DNA from: an uncultured virus (IMG/VR IMGVR_UViG_2541047343_000006)
Taxonomy: Duplodnaviria > Heunggongvirae > Uroviricota > Caudoviricetes
IMG/VR virus record: IMGVR_UViG_2541047343_000006
Span: 62,001 to 126,000 of that record
Length of the DNA stretch: 64,000 nt
Reading direction: 5' to 3' (one strand)
Shown: positions 39,338 through 49,583 of the stretch, one piece after another
How the letters are laid out: each line of letters opens with the position of its first letter
Position numbering within the stretch: the first letter of the stretch is position 1
The notes under the pieces: generated by a model
What the model was told of the DNA's origin: nothing
Databases searched by the model: none
The model's input: the letters and a program-made list of their open reading frames with translations, nothing else
Program-made: the position numbers and the translations under genes

Positions 39338-40143
39338 ATGGAAAATGAAATGAAAGTAGAAGTCTTTAAAAATGAGCAGTTTGGTGAAATTAGAGTGTTA
39401 GAAAAAGGTGGAGAACCTTGGTTTTTGGGAAAAGATGTAGCTGAGATGTTAGGATATAAAAATCTTAGTGATGCTTTAAGAAAACATGTTGATGAAGATG
39501 ATAAGATGCAAATCGCATTTTACGATTTGCAAAAACTGGGTTTTGGAGATATTGGAACAAAAGGAACTCCAATTATTAATGAAAGTGGATTATATAGTTT
39601 AATCTTAAGCTCTAAATTGGTAGAAGCTAAAAAGTTCAAAAGATGGGTGACAAATGAAGTATTACCCACAATAAGGAAACATGGAGCATATCTGACAGAT
39701 GATAAGATAGAGGAAATACTATCAAATCCAGATACAATTATAAAACTGGCTACAGAACTAAAAGAAAAGAGAGAAAAAATCAAACAATTAGAATCAGAAG
39801 TTGTCCATAAAGAAGATGTGATAATAGGATTAGTTGAAGATATAAGTTTAGCAGAGAAAAGACAGAGAATTAATCAAATAGTTAAATACAAGGTAGAGCC
39901 TAAGAATTTCAGTAAAAGATGGAATTTATTATATGACGAATTTGAGAAAAAATATCATTTGATTTGAAGAGAAGAATTAATAATTGTGATATCAAACCTA
40001 AAATTAAGAATAAGATAGACTATATAGATAGAGAAATGAGTATGATTCCTCAATTGTACGAGATAGCATGTAAGCTGTTTGAAAATGATGTGGAAGAGTT
40101 GAAGAATGAATGGATTTCTGTTATAGAAGAAAAAGTTTGTTAG
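39338..40143 (+). pseudogene. BRO-N antirepressor, frameshifted near 39960
   Basis: BRO-N ORF stops at 39967; the -1 frame continues DLKRRINN...LYEIACKLFE...VC* to 40143. Confidence 0.7.
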
Positions 40144-40272
40144 ATTTATATGTGATAAATAGTCACTTCCAAAGTAGCATTGATAATTAAATAATACGAC
40201 TAGAGAGATTAGTCTAATATCATTGTTATTCTAATCTCTTAAACTAAATAAAATTAAAAAGGAGATTGATAT

Positions 40273-41088
40273 ATGAATAATTTAATGGTGTTTGAAGGGA
40301 AAGAAGTTGAAGTATTTGAGTTTGAAGGAAAAATTTTATTTAATCCAAAGCATGTAGCTAAATGCTTGGAATTAAGTGAAAGTGCAACAAGAAATCATTT
40401 ATCTAAAATGAATGGTAAACAAGCTATATTATTAAGAAATTCAGATGTCCTTATCTCGGACATCCGAAAATTAAATAATGCAGGAGAGAAATTTCTTACA
40501 GAAAGTGGAGTATTTAAGTTAATATTCACATCAAGAAAAGAAGAGGCTGAGAGATTTCAAGATTGGGTAACAGATGAGGTGTTGCCAACCATTCGTAAGC
40601 ATGGTGGATACTTAACGGATTTAAAAATAGAAGAAATACTATCTAACCCAGACACCATAATTAAATTAGCAACTGACTTAAAGGAAGAGAGAGCGAAGAG
40701 AAAGAGTTTAGAAGAAACGAATAATAAACAACAACAAATAATAGGAGAACTCAAACCAAAGGCAGATTATACAGACTTAATACTTAGAAACAAAGGATTA
40801 GTAACTATAACTCAAATAGCGAAAGATTATGGCATGAGTGGTAAAGCTATGAATAAGAGGTTAAATGAATTGGGAATACAATTTAAGCAGAGTGGTCAAT
40901 GGTTATTGTATAGCGATTACCAAGCTAAAGGATATACTCATTCGGAGACCATTGATATTGTAAGAGCTGATGGAACATCTGATATTAAAATGAATACTAA
41001 GTGGACTCAAAAAGGAAGATTAATGATATATAAGAAATTAAAATCTATTGGTATACTACCCGTTATAGAGCTTAGTGAAGTTTGCTAG
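40273..41088 (+). CDS. BRO-N + KilA-C (ANT) antirepressor
   Basis: KPKADY.D.IL...ITQIAKDYGMS...WTQKGR. Confidence 0.9.
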   Translation: MNNLMVFEGKEVEVFEFEGKILFNPKHVAKCLELSESATRNHLSKMNGKQAILLRNSDVLISDIRKLNNAGEKFLTESGVFKLIFTSRKEEAERFQDWVTDEVLPTIRKHGGYLTDLKIEEILSNPDTIIKLATDLKEERAKRKSLEETNNKQQQIIGELKPKADYTDLILRNKGLVTITQIAKDYGMSGKAMNKRLNELGIQFKQSGQWLLYSDYQAKGYTHSETIDIVRADGTSDIKMNTKWTQKGRLMIYKKLKSIGILPVIELSEVC

Positions 41089-41485
41089 GTAATGTCAAAA
41101 TATATATTAATATTATTCTAATCTCTTTGAAGACAATAAATAAAAGGAGAATTAAAGAATCTTCATTGTGGGGGATTTAATTAAAAATAATAAATAATCG
41201 CCAACATTGGCGATTTTGAAAATATAGCATAAATATAATAAGATTAGTTGCTCTCATTTTATTAAAAAATATCTAAGGGTGGTTAATCTTATTATATTTG
41301 TAGAATAGAAAATATTATATACAAATTTATAAAAAACAAATAAAACGATAAAAAACAAAAATAAATAACATATTATTACATATTTTTCCATTTTAATTAT
41401 TTTGAAAAAGTGTTAGAATTTGTATAACAAATAATAATTCCGGAAAGACTTGTTTGAACTTTATAGCAATATTGGAGGTATTATT

Positions 41486-42190
41486 ATGTTTAAAATAATT
41501 ATATGTGAAGATGAAGAAATTCAAAGAAAAATAATGTTTGAATATATAGAGATTTTCTTTAAAAAAGATATTGAATATGAAATTATTTGTTTTAATAATG
41601 GAGAAGAATTAATAAATAATTATATTAAAGCAGATATAATTTTTATGGACATAGGACTTAAAGGTATGAATGGCTTAGAAGCAGCAAAAGAAATAAGAAA
41701 AATAGATAAGGATATTGTTATAATATTTGCAACAGCTTTCGTATCGTATGCTACAGAAGGTTATGATGTTAGAGCTTTTAGCTATTTACTAAAACCTATA
41801 ACATATAATTCTTTTGAAAAGATAATGTCAAAATATTTCATTGAAAAGTCTGAAGAAAAGAAATTAATAGAATTTAAAATAAAAGATGAAACAAAAGTAA
41901 TAAAATTAGAAGAGATAATATGTATAGAGAGTTTAGGTAAATATGTAAAGATTCATACTAAGACTGAAAGTTTTTTTACTGCAATTAAAATTAAAAGGAT
42001 TGAAGAGAAGCTTTCTAGTAAAATATTCTTTCGATGTCATAAAAGTTTTTTAATAAATTTATTAGAAGTTAGAAATTATAATAGGAAAGAAGTCATTTTA
42101 GGTGATAGAAAAATAAAAGCTACAATTTCTTATAGAAAATATAACAATTTTAAAAAGAGTCTCACTTCTTTTCTATGTGATAGATTTTGA
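41486..42190 (+). CDS. LytTR-family response regulator (orphan)
   Basis: Receiver ICEDE, FMDI, GYDV.AFSYLLKP; LytTR FFRCHKSFLIN. Confidence 0.9.
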   Translation: MFKIIICEDEEIQRKIMFEYIEIFFKKDIEYEIICFNNGEELINNYIKADIIFMDIGLKGMNGLEAAKEIRKIDKDIVIIFATAFVSYATEGYDVRAFSYLLKPITYNSFEKIMSKYFIEKSEEKKLIEFKIKDETKVIKLEEIICIESLGKYVKIHTKTESFFTAIKIKRIEEKLSSKIFFRCHKSFLINLLEVRNYNRKEVILGDRKIKATISYRKYNNFKKSLTSFLCDRF

Positions 42191-42240
42191 ATAAAATAAA
42201 TTATTTATAATTATAAAATGAATAAAATTATTCTTGAAAT

Positions 42241-42270
42241 TGCGTTTATACCGTTTTCCTATGCGTTCAT
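42241..42270 (+). promoter_or_regulatory. LytTR-type direct-repeat box
   Basis: TGCGTTTAT-N12-TGCGTTCAT. Confidence 0.6.
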
Positions 42271-42416
42271 TCCTTTTCACTTGATTTTCTACTGAAAAGA
42301 AATTATTATATAATTAAAAGATACGTATCCTATTTAAAAGAGAAGCTTATCAAAAATAAATTATTAAAGATAAGTTTCGAGATTATTTAGTATTTTTAAG
42401 TACATTTTATAGGGGG

Positions 42417-42785
42417 ATGACGTATATGGAAAATTTTAAAAAAGATTTTGTGAAAAGTATGGGTATAATTAAATCATCTGAAATATTTCAAGGAAATATA
42501 TTAGAGAAGAATGAGCAAAGACTTGAGATGATTGAATATACGAAGCGAGATATTAATTTACTGACTAAAATTAAACATCTTTTTGAAAATATAAATGAAT
42601 GTAATTTACAAGATGCACAATATATAATAGAAAATGAATTGTTTTATGAAAGAGTTTCAATTAATACAATAAATAAATATATAAATAAATTTGGTGATAT
42701 AAATGATTTTAAATATGCATATAGATTGAAAGCAAAAAACGGGTTTAGGAGGACTATGGATTATTTAGTTAGAAAAAAGCATTAA
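42417..42785 (+). CDS. Hypothetical protein (paralog of 7451 and 45143)
   Basis: YIIENELFYE...LKAKNGFRRTMDY. Confidence 0.75.
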   Translation: MTYMENFKKDFVKSMGIIKSSEIFQGNILEKNEQRLEMIEYTKRDINLLTKIKHLFENINECNLQDAQYIIENELFYERVSINTINKYINKFGDINDFKYAYRLKAKNGFRRTMDYLVRKKH

Positions 42786-42944
42786 GATAATTAAATTTGT
42801 ATATATTAGAGGCAATCTAAATTGATTGTCTTTTTTTATTAAATAATTTATGTTGCAGTTATTCCAATGATGACAGAGGTATGACAAGGATAATTATGTT
42901 TATATATTAGAAATAAAAATAAGCATCTCTAGTTGTTGAGATAC

Positions 42945-43781
42945 TTATCTTAGATTGTTTTTATCTTGTATTAGTTTATCCACTAGATTGGAGATTAGGT
43001 CTAGGCAATCATCGTTTAGTAGGTCTATTTTACTAGATAGAGAAGGCTTGTCTTTTTTATTATTTAAATGTTCTTTTTTTATAAGGTCATCAAATTCATC
43101 AAATGGTAAAATGGCATTGTCGTCTATAAATCTTATTTTTTTAAAATGGTAAGGGGTTTGTTCTTTATTATTTTTATTACGTATTTTTAATATTTTATTT
43201 AAGTCTTTCAAAGGTATGGTTACTTCAAGTATATCTCTACAATTTTTCCTATTAGGATAATCTAAAATTTTGTCTAAATCTGACAATGCTTTTTCAGGAT
43301 ATCCAAGGAAAGTATAAAGATTTCCTCTTTCTAGTAGAGCATTTTTATATTTAGAATTTGTCTCTATCACTTTAGTATAGTCAGCAATTGCATTTTCATA
43401 ATCTCCAAGTATAGCATACATAAAGGCTCTTTGATAATAAGATTCTAAAGCATGGTGAGGAGCTTCTATAATCTCTGATGTATAAAAATCTATTTTTTCT
43501 TTTATATAAGCATATTTCTCTTCTGTTAGAGGGATATCATTTCCATCTGTGATGTTTAACTCATGAATTTCATCAAGACTAAATTTATGAAGATTCATTA
43601 TTATATCTGTGGAAGTATCCAAAGCTGTTGCTAATTTTTCAAGTATATCTAAATTTGGAACTCTTTCTTCTCTTTCATAGTTCCCTAATGCTACTCTTGA
43701 TATCCCAGCTTTCTCAGCTAATTGTTCTTGAGTCATTCTTCTATCTTTTCTAAATGTTTTTATATTCTCTCCGATTCCCAT
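42945..43781 (-). CDS. XRE HTH + TPR regulator
   Basis: MTQEQLAEKAGISRVALGNYERE; TPRs YYQRA...GDYENAIADYTKVIE and ERGNLY..LG..EKALSDL. Confidence 0.85.
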   Translation of the reverse strand: MGIGENIKTFRKDRRMTQEQLAEKAGISRVALGNYEREERVPNLDILEKLATALDTSTDIIMNLHKFSLDEIHELNITDGNDIPLTEEKYAYIKEKIDFYTSEIIEAPHHALESYYQRAFMYAILGDYENAIADYTKVIETNSKYKNALLERGNLYTFLGYPEKALSDLDKILDYPNRKNCRDILEVTIPLKDLNKILKIRNKNNKEQTPYHFKKIRFIDDNAILPFDEFDDLIKKEHLNNKKDKPSLSSKIDLLNDDCLDLISNLVDKLIQDKNNLR

Positions 43782-44092
43782 AATATCAGCTCCTTTGTCA
43801 TAAGTGTAACATAAATGACAACAAATGTATATATTTTGTTGACATTTTGATATGGTGCTATTATACTAAAATTAAGATAACAAAATATATACGAATGTTA
43901 TCATGTGTTGTCTTGATTTTAGTATAATATTATTTTTAGGTTGATAGAGGTTTTGTTTGGAGATTGATAATATATGAAATTCCTCAAATTGATTAATTAA
44001 AAAAATAATTAGAAAAATCTGGATAATATATTGACTTTTTGGAACGCAAATAATATGATTATATTGTGGAACACAAAAAGTGAGGTGAAACA

Positions 44093-44263
44093 ATGAGTTC
44101 TAAGATAGGAAGACCAAAAGTAGATAATCCTAAAAATGTTGATGTTAAAGTAAGGTTTGATGAAAATACTCATAAGAAATTGTTAGATTATTGTGAAAAA
44201 GAAAATATTACTAGAACAGAAGCAATAAGAAAAGGAGTAGATTTACTTTTGGAAAACAAATAA
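44093..44263 (+). CDS. 56-aa ribbon-helix-helix regulator (not in the ORF track)
   Basis: MSSKIGRPKVDNPKNVDVKVRFDENTHKKLLDYCEKENITRTEAIRKGVDLLLENK; GAGGTG RBS; TGGAACRCAAA repeats over its promoter. Confidence 0.8.
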   Translation: MSSKIGRPKVDNPKNVDVKVRFDENTHKKLLDYCEKENITRTEAIRKGVDLLLENK

Positions 44264-44381
44264 AAAGTAGCCCACATACCGACCAAAGTAACGATGGACT
44301 ACTTTATACAAGAAGTTATCTTCTATGAAATATTCTATCATAGAGAGGTACTTCTTACAATCAATTTGGGGAGGATTTTGT

Positions 44382-45128
44382 ATGATGAATAATTTACAAA
44401 TATTTAAAAATAATGATTTTGGAGAAATAAGAACAATAGAGATAGATAATGAGGTTTGGTTTGTAGGCAAAGACGTAGCTATAGCATTAGGTTATGCTAA
44501 TACAAGAGAAGCGTTGAAGACTCATATTGATAGTGAAGATATAGCTGATGTCGTAATTCACGACGGCAGCCAAAATAGAAACATGAAAATAACAAATGAA
44601 AGTGGATTGTATTCTTTGATATTTGGTAGTAAATTACCAACTGCTAAAAAATTTAAAAATTGGGTTACTAAAGAAGTCTTACCAAGTATAAGAAAAACTG
44701 GTTCATATGATATAAATAATTTAGAAGAAAGAGTAGCTCCAATGATATTTAATGGTATACTTGCTGGGATTAAACAAGTTGCAATAGAAAACGATAAGAA
44801 AATAGATACTAGATTTAATCAAATAGAAGATAAATTAGATAAGAAATATAAGAAACAAGATAAGCAATTTCAAGAAATGAAAAATATGATAGGATTCAAA
44901 GCTAAGAACACACGAATGTTGTCAAAATTGCTAAAGATAAAGCTATCGGAAATAAAAGGATATAATGTAAATGCTTATAACTATGATTATAGAACTGTAG
45001 TGACAAGATTATTTTCAATATATAATGTAACTAAGTGGGAAGATATACCAGTTACTAAATTCAATGAGGTTCATGCCATGATAGATGGAATAGAGAGTAT
45101 GGATGATGTATATACTTGGAATCATTAG
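44382..45128 (+). CDS. BRO-N antirepressor-like protein
   Basis: FGEIRT...WFVGKDVA..LGY...NESGLYSLI; C terminus paralogous to 7802..8560. Confidence 0.9.
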   Translation: MMNNLQIFKNNDFGEIRTIEIDNEVWFVGKDVAIALGYANTREALKTHIDSEDIADVVIHDGSQNRNMKITNESGLYSLIFGSKLPTAKKFKNWVTKEVLPSIRKTGSYDINNLEERVAPMIFNGILAGIKQVAIENDKKIDTRFNQIEDKLDKKYKKQDKQFQEMKNMIGFKAKNTRMLSKLLKIKLSEIKGYNVNAYNYDYRTVVTRLFSIYNVTKWEDIPVTKFNEVHAMIDGIESMDDVYTWNH

Positions 45129-45142
45129 GATGGTGACTGTTT

Positions 45143-45481
45143 ATGTGTATAATTAAAACAGTTTACAAATTTGATGGGGATATATTGCAAAGAAATGCTA
45201 AAAGAGTTCAGATGATAAGGGATATAAAAGGTAGTAGTAATTTGACGATTATAATTAAAAGATTTTTAGATAATGTAAAAGATTATAATTTTAAGAATGT
45301 GAGATACATAATAGAAAACGAGCTATTCTTTGAAAGGATTTCTGTCGATATGATATGTAGATATATGGATACATTGAATAAGTATGAAAATATAGAATGT
45401 ATATTTGAAGAAGCTTATATATTAAAGGGAGAGAATGGATTTAGAAGGACTGTAGATTATTTGGTCAGACAAACATATTGA
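45143..45481 (+). CDS. Hypothetical protein (paralog of 7451 and 42417)
   Basis: YIIENELFFE...NGFRRTVDY. Confidence 0.75.
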   Translation: MCIIKTVYKFDGDILQRNAKRVQMIRDIKGSSNLTIIIKRFLDNVKDYNFKNVRYIIENELFFERISVDMICRYMDTLNKYENIECIFEEAYILKGENGFRRTVDYLVRQTY

Positions 45482-45738
45482 TGTATAGGTTAAAAATATT
45501 AAGGCAGCTTATATAGCTGTCTTTTTTGTATAGAATAAAAAAGTTTATTATAACAGATAGTTATTATTTTATTAGTGTGTTACCAAGAATAAATTCCTTT
45601 TATCTAATATTTATTACAAATAATATATATATTTATCTAATGAATGATTTTATATTTTAGTGTAAATTGGTATATTTTACCATTTACACTTGATATAATA
45701 AAAAATATAAACTATTTAAATAGAATTAGGGGAATTGT

Positions 45739-48700
45739 ATGGAAAAGTATCTTTTTAATCAAAAACTATTAAAAGAAAAATATAATATGGAAATAGACCT
45801 AGACTTATATGACTATAAACAAAGACGATTAATTTTAGAAAAATGGAGAGATATAATTGATAATAAATCTATTGATAAATTAAATGAAATTCAACTTAAG
45901 GAAATATTTGTATCGGATATTTTAAACAAAGTTCTTAGGTATAAAAGTCTTACGGACAATATAATGGATTATAATATAAAACCAGAAGAAAAAACTAAGA
46001 TTGATGGAACAAGAGCTGATATTGTACTAGGCTATTTTTCTAATGAAGAAAGTGACTATAGAGTAGCAATAGAATTAAAAAAACCAACAACTAATTTAGA
46101 TGCAAAACAACTAAGAAAAAACAATCATAATACACCAGTAGAACAAGGGTTTTCTTACTTGCCTAAATATGGAAGAAATTGCACATGGCTTATTGTCTCT
46201 AACTTCAAGGAAATTAGATTGTATAATGCTAATGATGCTACAGAGTATGAATTTTTTTCTATTAAAGATATATATGAAAAAGATGATGTATTTAAAAAAT
46301 TTTTATATCTTTTGTCATCTAAATCTTTAATGACCAAACATGGAAAATCTAGGGTTGAAGTACTTTGGGAAGAAAATATAAAGCAAGAGGAAGCCATAGA
46401 AAAAGGTTTTTATGACCTATATAAAAATACTAGATTAAATTTATTTAATGATATACTTTTAAATAATAAAGATATTTTGGATGTAAAAACTTGTTTAACA
46501 AAGACACAAAAAATATTAGATAGAGTTATATTTGTTTGTTTTGCAGAACATAAAGGATTAATACCAGAGAATATCTTTGAAACATGTATTCAAGTAGGGA
46601 AAAAAAGTGTATCTAGGTTTGGAGTCTGGGAACAAGTAAAGGGTCTGTTTGAATCTATAGATTTAGGTAATCAGGAAAAGGGCATAAATCAATTTAATGG
46701 AGGTTTATTTGCAGAAGATTATATTTTGAATAATCTAAAGATACCAAATAAATGTTTCGAGAATTTATACAAGTTATCTTTATATGATTTTAACAGTGAT
46801 TTAAATGAAAATATATTAGGGCATATATTTGAAAAATCTATATCTGACTTAGAAGAACTAAAACTAGAAATAAATCAAGTTAATATTAAGAAAAAAGATA
46901 GTAAGAGAAACAAAGATGGGATATTTTATACTCCCAAATACATAACGAAACATATTGTTAATAACACCATAAGAAGATATTTAGATGAGAAGAAAAAAGA
47001 ATTAGGCGAAGATAAACTTCCAGAACTAAAAGAAGAAGATTATGAAACAGTTGTGGTTGGTAGGAATATACAGCATAAGCGTGTACAAGTTGTAGAATAT
47101 AAAACTGATAAAATTCAAAAATATATAAACTTTTGGAAAAATTATAGAGACGTTGTAAAAAATATAAAAATTTTAGACCCAGCTTGTGGAAGTGGAGCTT
47201 TTTTGAATGAGGCTTTTTCTATGTTAAAAAAAGAAGCTGAATCAGTAAACGAAATACTTCGTGATTTAACCGATGGTGAGATATCATTTTTTGACTTAGA
47301 TGCTAATATATTAAAAAATAATTTATATGGAGTTGATTTGAATGAAGAATCTGTGGAAATAACTAAATTGTCTTTATGGCTTAAAACAGCTAACAAGTAT
47401 AGTTTATTAACTAGCTTAGATAATAATATAAAATGTGGAAATTCTATTATTGATAACAAAGAGGTTGATTGTGCTAAAGCTTTTGATTGGAATGTTGAAT
47501 TTGAAGATGTAATGATGTCAGGAGGGTTTGATATTATAATTGGAAATCCCCCATATGTTTCAACTAAAATGATTCCAGAAAAGCATAGAGAATATTATTG
47601 GAAAAAATATAAAGATTTACTAATTAGCGAAATGGATTTGTATGAGTTGTTTTTATATGAGTTTTGTGAAAATAAATTAAAGCAAGATGGATTTTTGGGA
47701 TTTATAACACCTAATACGTACTTTACAAATAAAAGCTTTGAAAATTTAAGAAAATATTTACTTAAAAATGTATGTGTTGATACTATTTTAGACTTTCCAT
47801 ATAGATTTTTTCCTTTTGAGGATGTAAACAAGGAAACCGCTATAATTATAATTAATAAAAAATTGCCAAATATTAAAAATAATATAAATCTTATAAGTAT
47901 AAATAAAGAAAATATGAAAAAGATTAAGATTTTCAATAGTAATACATACAACTCTGAAAATAAAATTACTATAAAAAGTATTATAAATGATTTGGATAAT
48001 AAAATTGTTATACAAAGCAACCCAATAATATTAAAAATGCTCAAATGTAAGCATAAATTAGGGGATTATTTAAATTTACATAAAGGTTGGATGAGTGTCC
48101 CTAATAAAACAATTTGTGATGGAATTATATATGATAAGAAAATATTAAGTAGTAATGATATAAAAGATAATAACCAATTAAATGGAATTTTAAATAAATG
48201 TTTGGAAGGTAAGGATATACATAGATACTATATTGATAAAGTAGATAAATTTGTAAATATTGAAAACATGGATGACAAAACTATGAGGTGGCACAAATCA
48301 CCTAAGATAATAACACAAAGAATAGTTGGTCAAAATCAAAATAAGATAATTGCAACAGTAGATATTGAAGGTACTATAATATTCCCTAGTGGAAATATCA
48401 TAAATTTAATTAAAGAAGATAATTTGGAAGATATATATTTTTATATAGGAGTTATAAATTCTAGTTTAATAAATTACTTTTATAATAAATTTTATGGAGA
48501 ATCAAATACCAACTTGACAGCAGATGCAGTAAAAAATATACCAATACCAAATTTAAAAAATGTTGATAAATCAATTGTTATAAATAATAGTAAAATACTA
48601 ATAAATAAATATGGTAAATTATACTTATACACTAATAAATTTTTGAAAAATGTATTTAAGATATTGAGCATAGATAATAATCCATCTAATAAATTATATA

Positions 48701-48966
48701 ATTTTTATTTATTAGATTTTGATGAATTTTACAATGAACTTAGCAAAAAAAAGAAGCTTTATTTTAAGAATATTGATGAGTTAGAGGAATATTTTAATAA
48801 GTACAAAGATGCTATTAATAGAATCATATACGATATAAATGTATGCGAAAATACAATCAATACTTTTGTATATGATTTGTACGGTATAACTGAGCTAGAA
48901 AGTAAATCTATAGAAGATATATGTAAGACAACAAAAGACACTGTGGTTACAAGTTTAGCTTATTAA
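45739..48966 (+). CDS. Type IIG restriction-modification enzyme (fused nuclease, N6-MTase and TRD)
   Basis: ADIVL...AIELK nuclease motif; GIFYTP; ILDPACGSGAFL; IIGNPPY; TaqI-like C terminus. Confidence 0.85.
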   Translation: MEKYLFNQKLLKEKYNMEIDLDLYDYKQRRLILEKWRDIIDNKSIDKLNEIQLKEIFVSDILNKVLRYKSLTDNIMDYNIKPEEKTKIDGTRADIVLGYFSNEESDYRVAIELKKPTTNLDAKQLRKNNHNTPVEQGFSYLPKYGRNCTWLIVSNFKEIRLYNANDATEYEFFSIKDIYEKDDVFKKFLYLLSSKSLMTKHGKSRVEVLWEENIKQEEAIEKGFYDLYKNTRLNLFNDILLNNKDILDVKTCLTKTQKILDRVIFVCFAEHKGLIPENIFETCIQVGKKSVSRFGVWEQVKGLFESIDLGNQEKGINQFNGGLFAEDYILNNLKIPNKCFENLYKLSLYDFNSDLNENILGHIFEKSISDLEELKLEINQVNIKKKDSKRNKDGIFYTPKYITKHIVNNTIRRYLDEKKKELGEDKLPELKEEDYETVVVGRNIQHKRVQVVEYKTDKIQKYINFWKNYRDVVKNIKILDPACGSGAFLNEAFSMLKKEAESVNEILRDLTDGEISFFDLDANILKNNLYGVDLNEESVEITKLSLWLKTANKYSLLTSLDNNIKCGNSIIDNKEVDCAKAFDWNVEFEDVMMSGGFDIIIGNPPYVSTKMIPEKHREYYWKKYKDLLISEMDLYELFLYEFCENKLKQDGFLGFITPNTYFTNKSFENLRKYLLKNVCVDTILDFPYRFFPFEDVNKETAIIIINKKLPNIKNNINLISINKENMKKIKIFNSNTYNSENKITIKSIINDLDNKIVIQSNPIILKMLKCKHKLGDYLNLHKGWMSVPNKTICDGIIYDKKILSSNDIKDNNQLNGILNKCLEGKDIHRYYIDKVDKFVNIENMDDKTMRWHKSPKIITQRIVGQNQNKIIATVDIEGTIIFPSGNIINLIKEDNLEDIYFYIGVINSSLINYFYNKFYGESNTNLTADAVKNIPIPNLKNVDKSIVINNSKILINKYGKLYLYTNKFLKNVFKILSIDNNPSNKLYNFYLLDFDEFYNELSKKKKLYFKNIDELEEYFNKYKDAINRIIYDINVCENTINTFVYDLYGITELESKSIEDICKTTKDTVVTSLAY

Positions 48967-49054
48967 TAAAGATTTGGAGGTCACTTTCCTTTTGTAGTAT
49001 AAATTTTCCTTTAGAATTGATATAATTAATGTATCAGAATATAGGGGGGATATT

Positions 49055-49504
49055 ATGTTTAAGAAAATATTATTGATTTTAATGATTAGTTTGTTAGGAT
49101 TTGGAGTTATTGGATGTAGTGATAGTAAAGAAGATACAAATGAAGTAGTAAAAAAAGAAACAGAAGAAAAGTTAGATGAAGAAAGTACATCTGAAGATAT
49201 TTATAATAAAAAATTGCAATTTTTAAATGACACTAAAAATCAAAGTGAAATTATAGGAGATGAAATAAGATTACTTACTGAAAAATATAATAACTATGAA
49301 ATTGTGAAAAGTGATTGGAAAGAAGACTTAATAAGTAAAAAGAAAATAATTACTGATTTAAAAAGTGTATTAGAAGAAGAAAAGTCAAATATTTTAGACG
49401 GAGTATCTGATTTCCAAAAAACAATATTACAAAATAAATATAATGAAATAATAGAGTATTATGATTATATGTTGAAAGGAATAAGTCAGAACTTAAATAT
49501 TTAA
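49055..49504 (+). CDS. Lipoprotein
   Basis: Signal peptide with lipobox VIGC. Confidence 0.8.
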   Translation: MFKKILLILMISLLGFGVIGCSDSKEDTNEVVKKETEEKLDEESTSEDIYNKKLQFLNDTKNQSEIIGDEIRLLTEKYNNYEIVKSDWKEDLISKKKIITDLKSVLEEEKSNILDGVSDFQKTILQNKYNEIIEYYDYMLKGISQNLNI

Positions 49505-49583
49505 ACTTAAATATTTTTTATAAAGAAAAAGTACAGTTTCTATATGAACTGTCTTTTTTTTATACAAAAAAGGAGTTGAGTAA

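Noticed and set aside
43895..43930. Signalling-peptide gene for the HTH-TPR protein (MLSCVVLILV)
   Set aside because: Too short, with no RBS or signal-peptide structure.
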